Positions 57,987 through 64,000 of a stretch of 64,000 nt of DNA are shown one piece after another (positions within the stretch are counted from its first letter, which is position 1; each line of letters opens with the position of its first letter). Under the pieces are notes generated by a model. That model was not told where the DNA came from, made no database searches, and saw only the letters and a program-made list of their open reading frames with translations. This DNA is from a virus. The position numbers and the translations under genes are program-made. The stretch is from the IMG/VR virus record IMGVR_UViG_3300031857_000029; one strand, given 5' to 3'.

Positions 57987-58251
57987 TTTCTCTCTTGAAG
58001 TGTTACCTATAATATAAGGGGAAACCCCCCAAACCACAAGGGCTGGAGGGCTATTGTTACAATTGGACAAGATTAGGACTAAAGCTGGACAATAACGCCC
58101 ACGTCCAGCAGGACGGCGTAGACCACCATCCCAGCCCAGAAGGTGACGATAGGGACAAGGAACTTGTACCCCAGGTTGTCATCCATCTTGAAGCTATAGT
58201 CGAGGTCAGAGATGAGAGTGCGATACTTGGTCATACGTTATACTCCTGGTA

Positions 58252-58476
58252 TTAGAGAAAGGAAAAGACTGAACCCACAATAGACTTGACCACCCAAGTC
58301 CACATCAGAAAGGGTAGCACCTTCATCACCAATGTATAGAGAAGAAGAGCAGCATACCCACCCACGATGAACCAACGGGCTTTCCATAGGAAGTCAAGGA
58401 CAACCCGCAACCCCTCTGGGATGTCTGACACGATGGAGGTGAACAGCCCTTGCAACGATTTGACCCAACTAACCAT
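58252..58476 (-). CDS. small membrane protein
   Basis: RBS AGGAG; hydrophobic C-terminal half. Confidence 0.6.
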   Translation of the reverse strand: MVSWVKSLQGLFTSIVSDIPEGLRVVLDFLWKARWFIVGGYAALLLYTLVMKVLPFLMWTWVVKSIVGSVFSFL

Positions 58477-58672
58477 ACGGCTCCTTTGTAGAATGTCCTT
58501 GAATATAACCTTATAATAGGATAGGGTCAAGGGCTATAACGCAATCGTTACAATAGGGGGGCGACTTTTTAGGGAACGCCAGGCCGGGGCCGGCAGCGGC
58601 AGGGGGTGGGTAGCCAGTTTCCGCGCGGTGTCAGGTTTTTTCCCCTATAGCTCGCTTTCTTATAAAGTATTT

Positions 58673-59038
58673 TTAGTCTTTTAGGTTTATGGGAAGGCAT
58701 CCGTGTATAGTACCATAGGGAGCGGTCGTATTATGGTCACTCCACATCGGATATTTCTTTTCTTCTAATGTCCATCCATAGGTGAAGTCGGGGGTACTCC
58801 CATAGGCACGCAACATACCAAGTTCTGCGGTTTTGGTCAACTGCCAACACAGGCCTGGCGTACTGACGAGAAACCATCGGATAGGTTCTCCAGGCGTACT
58901 CGTTATCGTAAAGGTATCAATCTTTCCTATCCAGCTGGTATTAGACTCTATAATTACCAGAAACTCTTGTTGTGGTATAGGTACAGTAACCTCTGTGCAT
59001 CCCAGTAGGAAGAGTAGCGCTGGCCAGAGTTGTTTCAT
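58673..59038 (-). CDS. lipoprotein
   Basis: MKQLWPALLFLLGC lipobox. Confidence 0.65.
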   Translation of the reverse strand: MKQLWPALLFLLGCTEVTVPIPQQEFLVIIESNTSWIGKIDTFTITSTPGEPIRWFLVSTPGLCWQLTKTAELGMLRAYGSTPDFTYGWTLEEKKYPMWSDHNTTAPYGTIHGCLPINLKD

Positions 59039-59259
59039 AGGTTCCCCGTATGGTGTTTGTAATACATAGTTTTCCGCTAGCTGGAATTCGAGTAAGTTCC
59101 CACAGGGCGTAAAAAAATTCCAGGAAAAAATTTTTACCTATACGAATGAAATTAATAACCTATTTATACTATATAGATTGGTATACAGACCACTATTTAT
59201 TCTTAACACTTGACAAACTCAGCGGTTACTACTATACTAAAGTAAACTGTGAGAATTAT

Positions 59260-59442
59260 ATGAATAAACTAAACAAATATTTCGTACCAGTAAATTTAAT
59301 TGTGTATGGCGAAACCGAAGCAGATGCGTTAGATTATGTACAAACTGCACTCGACCATTCTGATTTGTTGGACCAAGATGGCATCGTCGGTGTCAATCCT
59401 GACATTGAAGTAGATGACATTGAATTCTACGAGGAGGAGTAA
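59260..59442 (+). CDS. small acidic protein
   Basis: TTGACA-17-TATACT at 59210-59238 upstream. Confidence 0.6.
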   Translation: MNKLNKYFVPVNLIVYGETEADALDYVQTALDHSDLLDQDGIVGVNPDIEVDDIEFYEEE

Positions 59443-59445
59443 AGT

Positions 59446-59688
59446 ATGATTAAAGGTTTCAGAAATTTTGTACGGCCGCTGCAAGTTCCATTGTCTTTAG
59501 TAGTTGCATTTGTTGCATTCCTTTGGTATGCAGACTACCTAAAGACAATAGACAACAACAATGCAGCACAACGACAGCAAGTTGTCTGTCCGTCTTTTTT
59601 GAGTATTGCAAGGTCAGCACGGGATACGCTGATTGTTATGAGAAACGAACCGCTGTGTAACAGTTACGTCCTCGATAACTTACAGTAA
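59446..59688 (+). CDS. small membrane-anchored protein
   Basis: One TM segment, two Cys; RBS GGAG. Confidence 0.6.
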   Translation: MIKGFRNFVRPLQVPLSLVVAFVAFLWYADYLKTIDNNNAAQRQQVVCPSFLSIARSARDTLIVMRNEPLCNSYVLDNLQ

Positions 59689-59901
59689 TTGTATTCTGGA
59701 GATATTTATGAAGGTGAATTGTACAACCGTTGCATTTATGATGGGTGTCATCATTGGTGCATTGATACATACGGAAAACTCTATCGTTAATGTGGTTAGT
59801 TCTATTGCACTAGCAACGGTTGTCTTTCATCTGTCTTTTGAAAAAACTTTTAGTTTTAAGTTCATTAAAAAGGGTTCCTAATATACTTTTTGGGGAACCG
59901 A

Positions 59902-60243
59902 ATGCGAACACCAAATTTGTTCGGAGAATTTAATTCAGCAATCATCGCCGCACTTGGAGCTCTGGTCTTTGGTGCGTTGATGAAGTTTGTATCTAAGTTA
60001 ACCGATAAAAGAAAAGATACACTAAACGAACATCTAGAACTCCGTAGAGAACTACGAGAAGAACTTGATGCGGTCAAACATGAAATAAACACTCTCCAAA
60101 AAGAATTAGATGAATGGAGAGAAAAGTATTACCATCAAGTTGAAGTCACCACATTGTTGCAAGCAGAACTTGCGGCAATGCGTATAGAGATGTCTAACTA
60201 TACGAGTGGGGAATTTATCGCACCAAAAGACCGTGATGATTAA
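59902..60243 (+). CDS. membrane-anchored coiled-coil protein
   Basis: N-terminal TM plus heptad repeats. Confidence 0.6.
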   Translation: MRTPNLFGEFNSAIIAALGALVFGALMKFVSKLTDKRKDTLNEHLELRRELREELDAVKHEINTLQKELDEWREKYYHQVEVTTLLQAELAAMRIEMSNYTSGEFIAPKDRDD

Positions 60244-60553
60244 TCCCATAGTCTATACCGTAACGGTTATAGACTTATATACGGACAAGGTATTAGGTAT
60301 TCGTAGAACGCCTGTCATTTATACACAGTTTAAGTTCGCGGAACATTCTGTAAAGAATAATACTATGGGACTGTCGGATGGAACCTATCAATATGCTGTT
60401 ATTGAAGAAAGCGTATTAAATGTTATTCGTCCTACCATTGAATCTGTAAAACTCAGTCAATGGTGGTATAAATACAATTCTGTGCTAGATGAATTTGAAG
60501 CATGTAATATACCAACACAATTAAAAAATCAATCTGGGTTTGGAATAGGTTGA
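60236..60553 (+). CDS. hypothetical protein
   Basis: YQYAVIEE...WWYKY...GFGIG motif. Confidence 0.6.
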   Translation: MINPIVYTVTVIDLYTDKVLGIRRTPVIYTQFKFAEHSVKNNTMGLSDGTYQYAVIEESVLNVIRPTIESVKLSQWWYKYNSVLDEFEACNIPTQLKNQSGFGIG

Positions 60554-60612
60554 TACAATCGTAACCAAGACACTATATATTAGTGTAAGGTTTTTATCTA
60601 AGGTAGGTTTTT

Positions 60613-61005
60613 ATGAATATGTTTATGTTAGGAGTACTAGCGGGTATTGTTGTATTTGCAGTATTGTACTCTGTATTTATGTTGAACAAATTACACGCTG
60701 GAATTATCTTGATACACCAGATGGTGGAAAATCAAGGAAAAGCAGCTCAAATGTTATTTATGAAGGTTAATAAAATAGAGAAGGTAACAGAAACTACGAT
60801 GCAATCAGCCGAAGCATTCGTTGATGCGTTACGTGAGTCAGCAGAACAAATGATGAATATGCGACCACCACGTTTGCGAAATCAGGATGATTCGGAACAA
60901 TTTGATGACCTTCGTAAAACATTTGATGACGGTATTCGTCGCATGGAAGAAGATGACGAAGATGAAGATAGTGAAGAAGGACCACAAGAGGATTGGAAAA
61001 AGTAG
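60613..61005 (+). CDS. membrane-anchored protein with acidic tail
   Basis: N-terminal TM. Confidence 0.6.
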   Translation: MNMFMLGVLAGIVVFAVLYSVFMLNKLHAGIILIHQMVENQGKAAQMLFMKVNKIEKVTETTMQSAEAFVDALRESAEQMMNMRPPRLRNQDDSEQFDDLRKTFDDGIRRMEEDDEDEDSEEGPQEDWKK

Positions 61006-61163
61006 TACCTCTTGACAAAATTTGTACCCACTAGTATACTGGGTTTAAGCGCTTAACACACAATTCAATTTATTAAACTCTGTTTAATATTAACAGAGAA
61101 CGTGTGCCCTTTGCGCTTAATTGGGTTAAAAAGAAAAAGAAGCAAAAAGAAAAAGAGAAAAGC

Positions 61164-61538
61164 ATGATAAATAAAGAACAGGTTATAACTAATATAGGTT
61201 CAGGTTGGCATAGTCATATTGAAACAATATATGCTATGTTGCCTGAACTTTCGTTTTGCTCTGGAGTTTATTTAATAGAACGAAAGAATGGAATGTTGCG
61301 TGTAATTTTTTCTCGTACAGACTTGACAACACCAGCGCAAGACTTTATACTTAAGTCTATAGAGTATAAGATTGAAAGATTGACAGCAAAGGTATGTGAA
61401 GAATGTGGTCAATATGGAGTTCGTAGAACAGAACTTCCAACAGTTAAAACTCTATGTACTCGTTGTTATGCATTTGAGTACAGCAAGCTTAATCCCGTGC
61501 CATCTTTGGTGGCGAATCAACAACCTCAAATTGTTTGA
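61164..61538 (+). CDS. paralog of 12510..12839 (Zn finger)
   Basis: GSGW...ERKNGMLRV...CEECG...LC..C. Confidence 0.65.
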   Translation: MINKEQVITNIGSGWHSHIETIYAMLPELSFCSGVYLIERKNGMLRVIFSRTDLTTPAQDFILKSIEYKIERLTAKVCEECGQYGVRRTELPTVKTLCTRCYAFEYSKLNPVPSLVANQQPQIV

Positions 61539-61545
61539 GGCATGT

Positions 61546-61785
61546 ATGTTTTTTACAGAAGAAGATGTAGAACCCGTAGTTCAAGTAGCAAAAGAGATTT
61601 TTGGACCTGTTGGCAACCTTCTTGAAGGAAAGAATGTGATGAAGAACATTCTTATTGGTACCAACGAATTTGGTAAAATCTGGTACGGTGACATTGAAGG
61701 CGATTCCGATTATATTCTTGGACTTTGCCGTGTAATGTCACAGCGTGTCGGTCAGTCCGTCACGGTAGTACATGAGTCTTTCTAA
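61546..61785 (+). CDS. hypothetical protein
   Basis: GKIWYGDI motif; RBS GAGG. Confidence 0.6.
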   Translation: MFFTEEDVEPVVQVAKEIFGPVGNLLEGKNVMKNILIGTNEFGKIWYGDIEGDSDYILGLCRVMSQRVGQSVTVVHESF

Positions 61786-61919
61786 TAATATAATTTAATT
61801 ACCAACTTAATTTGTTGGTGTATTGACAAATTAACAAGAAAGATTCATATTTAGTATGTTGATTTGCCCAAATCAGGGTAACAACAAGTAAAAAACTCTA
61901 TTATAGAGAGGTTATTTGT

Positions 61920-62234
61920 ATGGCAAAGCGTAATCGTAGTCGCAACACCCGTTTCGAGGTTCGTTCGTACAATGAGCAGGAGCGCATGAGCACCACTCGT
62001 CGTATTATGACGTACCTTCGTTCACTCGCTAACCGCCGTTCGACCGGCACCGTTAGTGCAGATGACGTTCACAACTACCTGACCCGTGATGGTGTTCGTG
62101 AGCAGCAGACCCGTACCCGTCTTTCGTTCATCAACGCTGTTTTCAGCGGTGAGATGTTTGAGCGGGTTGGCACGATGGCTTCGGCTCGTCCGCAGGCTCG
62201 TGGCCGTTCAATCTCTACCTATATGGTAGCGTAA
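61920..62234 (+). CDS. Arg-rich probable DNA-binding protein
   Basis: Own promoter TTGACA-17-CATATT (61823-61851) and terminator; winged-helix-like pattern. Confidence 0.65.
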   Translation: MAKRNRSRNTRFEVRSYNEQERMSTTRRIMTYLRSLANRRSTGTVSADDVHNYLTRDGVREQQTRTRLSFINAVFSGEMFERVGTMASARPQARGRSISTYMVA

Positions 62235-62255
62235 TACGGTTCTCCCGATAGAAGT

Positions 62256-62286
62256 GGGGAGGGCCTTCGGGTTCCTCCCCATTTTT
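62256..62286 (+). terminator. intrinsic terminator
   Basis: TGGGAGGGCC-TTCG-GGTTCCTCCCC-ATTTTT. Confidence 0.7.
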
Positions 62287-62340
62287 ATTGGTATTAAAAT
62301 TATTAGTTAAATATGTATTATTAAGATTTCATTAAGGGAC

Positions 62341-62369
62341 TTGTGGAATCTTAACTTTTGTTGTATACT
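62341..62369 (+). promoter_or_regulatory. tRNA-cluster promoter
   Basis: TTGTGG-17-TATACT; inverted partial direct-repeat box ATTAAGATTTCATTAAG at 62320-62336. Confidence 0.65.
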
Positions 62370-62380
62370 TATAAAATCTG

Positions 62381-62465
62381 GGACAGGTGGCAGAGTGGTC
62401 TATTGCAACGGTCTTGAAAACCGTCGAGCTGAGAGGCTCCGAGAGTTCGAATCCCTCCCTGTCCG
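62381..62465 (+). tRNA. tRNA-Ser(TGA)
   Basis: GGACAGG/CCTGTCC, loop CTTGAAA, long variable arm. Confidence 0.93.
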
Positions 62466-62471
62466 TACAAT

Positions 62472-62553
62472 GCGTTCGTGGCGTAATTGGTAGCCGCACC
62501 AGCCTTAGGAGCTGGCGCCTCACGGCGTGGGGGTTCGAGTCCCTCCGAACGCA
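62472..62553 (+). tRNA. tRNA-Leu(TAG)
   Basis: GCGTTCG/CGAACGC, loop CTTAGGA. Confidence 0.93.
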
Positions 62554-62555
62554 TT

Positions 62556-62628
62556 GCCACGATAGCTCAGTTGGTAGAGCACTCGATTTGTAATCGAGAG
62601 CGCATCGGTTCAAGCCCGATTCGTGGCT
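62556..62628 (+). tRNA. tRNA-Thr(TGT)
   Basis: GCCACGA/TCGTGGC, loop TTTGTAA. Confidence 0.92.
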
Positions 62629-62635
62629 CTGGTAC

Positions 62636-62707
62636 GCCTTGATAGCTCAATGGTAGAGCATGTGACTCTTAATCACCAGGTTGTAGGTTCGAGTCCTACT
62701 CAGGGCA
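62636..62707 (+). tRNA. tRNA-Lys(CTT)
   Basis: GCCTTGA/TCAGGGC, loop CTCTTAA. Confidence 0.92.
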
Positions 62708-62931
62708 TTTCAATGGAGGTTATATGATAAATGTAATTCTTGGAGTAGTTACAATCATTATGTTAGTATTTACAATCGGTTCTGCGTTTCTCGCAAGTGA
62801 AGAAAAAGAAGAGAGGTATCGTTCACGTGAGTAATATAATTTTCTATGGTATCTGTATATTCTTTCTACTACTCAGTATATGGACAACTATTTCAGTTAA
62901 TCATCGGTGGGGTCGTAAGAAGTAATTTGTT

Positions 62932-63003
62932 GCGGGTGTAGCTCAGTGGTAGAGTCCGTGCTTGCCAAGCACGTTGTCGTGGGTTCGAATCCCATCGCCC
63001 GCT
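62932..63003 (+). tRNA. tRNA-Gly(GCC)
   Basis: GCGGGTG/CGCCCGC, loop TTGCCAA. Confidence 0.92.
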
Positions 63004-63114
63004 CTTATAGGAGAACAATATGACAGCAGCAGTAATTACATTTTTATTTATTGCGATATCAATTGGATTGGCAACTTGGTATATCGCAAAATTTTTAGAG
63101 AAAGGAGAGTTCTA

Positions 63115-63302
<188 letters not shown>

Positions 63303-63308
63303 TAACAT

Positions 63309-63382
63309 TCCTCGGTAGCTCAGTTGGTTAGAGCGGGTGACTGTTAATCACTAGGTCGGGGGTTCAAGTCCCTCCCGGGGAG
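63309..63382 (+). tRNA. tRNA-Asn(GTT)
   Basis: TCCTCGG/CCGGGGA, loop CTGTTAA. Confidence 0.92.
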
Positions 63383-63402
63383 TTTTAATTTAGGAGAGTG
63401 TT

Positions 63403-63696
63403 ATGCCAATTCGTAAGACCAAAGAGTTACTAGAAATGAAACCGATTGAATTAACGGAAACTGCAGAGCACCGTATCCACAGAAGGAAGTGGTGGGCAAT
63501 TTTGATTTTGATTATCGGCGGTGTAATGTTAGCAGGAAAGCTTCCAGTTCCGTACTCACTTGCATACGCATTGTTACTCTTCGGTCATTTAGGAATGTTA
63601 CATACATTCTATGACAAACGTGACATTCCAATGATGGTCGTGAATGCAGTCTGGGTATTTATTGACGCGGTTGGAATGTATCGGTGGTTTAACTAG
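63403..63696 (+). CDS. small multi-pass membrane protein
   Basis: Three TM segments; RBS AGGAG. Confidence 0.65.
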   Translation: MPIRKTKELLEMKPIELTETAEHRIHRRKWWAILILIIGGVMLAGKLPVPYSLAYALLLFGHLGMLHTFYDKRDIPMMVVNAVWVFIDAVGMYRWFN

Positions 63697-63766
63697 GTCC
63701 ATAGTGTAATTGGCAACACAACAGTCTCCAAAACTGTTTTTCTAGGTTCGAGTCCTAGTGGGCCTG
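63695..63766 (+). tRNA. tRNA-Trp(CCA)
   Basis: AGGTCCA/TGGGCCT, loop CTCCAAA. Confidence 0.9.
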
Positions 63767-63788
63767 CCTCACCTCAACTAAAAAGGTT

Positions 63789-64000
63789 ATGAAAAAACTA
63801 GTATTGTTGTTAACACTGATTGGCTGTTCTACAAAGTCACCAACTGAAGTTGTTAATGAACCATACATAAGATTTGCTAAAAATCTAGACTCATTAGCAA
63901 TTATCAGAAATGTACAGACATTCAAGCCGTTAGAACTTCAAACAAACTTACCAGACCAAACCAAAGTTATATGGGAATCTGATATTTGGGTAAAGGTTAG
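63789..64000 (+). CDS. lipoprotein (3'-truncated by window edge)
   Basis: MKKLVLLLTLIGCSTKSPTE lipobox. Confidence 0.6.
   Translation, partial: MKKLVLLLTLIGCSTKSPTEVVNEPYIRFAKNLDSLAIIRNVQTFKPLELQTNLPDQTKVIWESDIWVKV

Larger units (their letters stand above)
51281..58530 (-). promoter_or_regulatory. series of ten leftward sigma70-like early promoters
   Basis: CCC(C)TTG(A/T)NN-16/17-TA(T/G/A)A(T/A/C)T at 51281-51309, 52311-52339, 53486-53513 (weak -35), 54790-54818, 55616-55644, 56157-56184, 56444-56472, 57692-57720, 58011-58039, 58502-58530. Confidence 0.8.

Noticed and set aside
53538-58092. TGGACAA elements as DnaA boxes
   Set aside because: At least two mismatches to the TT(A/G)TCCACA consensus, so they are kept only as an unassigned motif.
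62381-62553. TGA and TAG anticodons as suppressor tRNAs or recoding
   Set aside because: These anticodons read UCA (Ser) and CUA (Leu). All three stops end genes normally and ORFs are intact in the standard code.
62332-62613. ORFs called over the tRNA cluster (also the 5' part of 62962..63264)
   Set aside because: Translations of tRNA genes; only 63115..63264 has an RBS and a protein motif.

Overview
This is a 64-kb segment of a large lytic dsDNA phage, probably a T4-like or other large myovirus. Evidence: dense small ORFs, sliding clamp and clamp loader, ATP-dependent ligase, ThyX, dCMP deaminase, a tRNA cluster, sigma70-like promoters and Shine-Dalgarno sites. It uses the standard genetic code. 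Layout: (1) 1-16 kb, replication and nucleotide genes, with two Mom-like GNAT proteins, a DUF4338-like protein, a GT-B glycosyltransferase and a GIY-YIG/ParB fusion placed in or just before the clamp/clamp-loader operon. (2) 17-30 kb and 32.5-37.4 kb, about a dozen glycosyltransferase and sugar genes (Gmd, epimerase, FkbM, TibC/Aah-like heptosyltransferase). (3) 37.5-42.1 kb, a Gly-Ser/Thr collagen-like fibre with an S74 chaperone and an adhesin ending in a conotoxin-like knottin, co-oriented with the second glycosyltransferase block. (4) 42-47.5 kb, a vWA plus MoxR-type AAA+ pair under near-identical promoters with an 11-bp-period direct-repeat box. (5) 49-58.7 kb, a mostly leftward early (host-takeover-like) region with about 10 promoters, several repeated intergenic motifs, a candidate ncRNA and similar boundary sequences at both ends. 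(6) 59-64 kb, small genes and 8 tRNAs. The best candidates for undescribed biology are a phage fibre-glycosylation system, a replisome-linked DNA-modification module, a 119-nt non-canonical tRNA-like RNA, an orphan structured sRNA and the motif grammar of the early region. Family calls come from motif recognition by eye; no searches were run.
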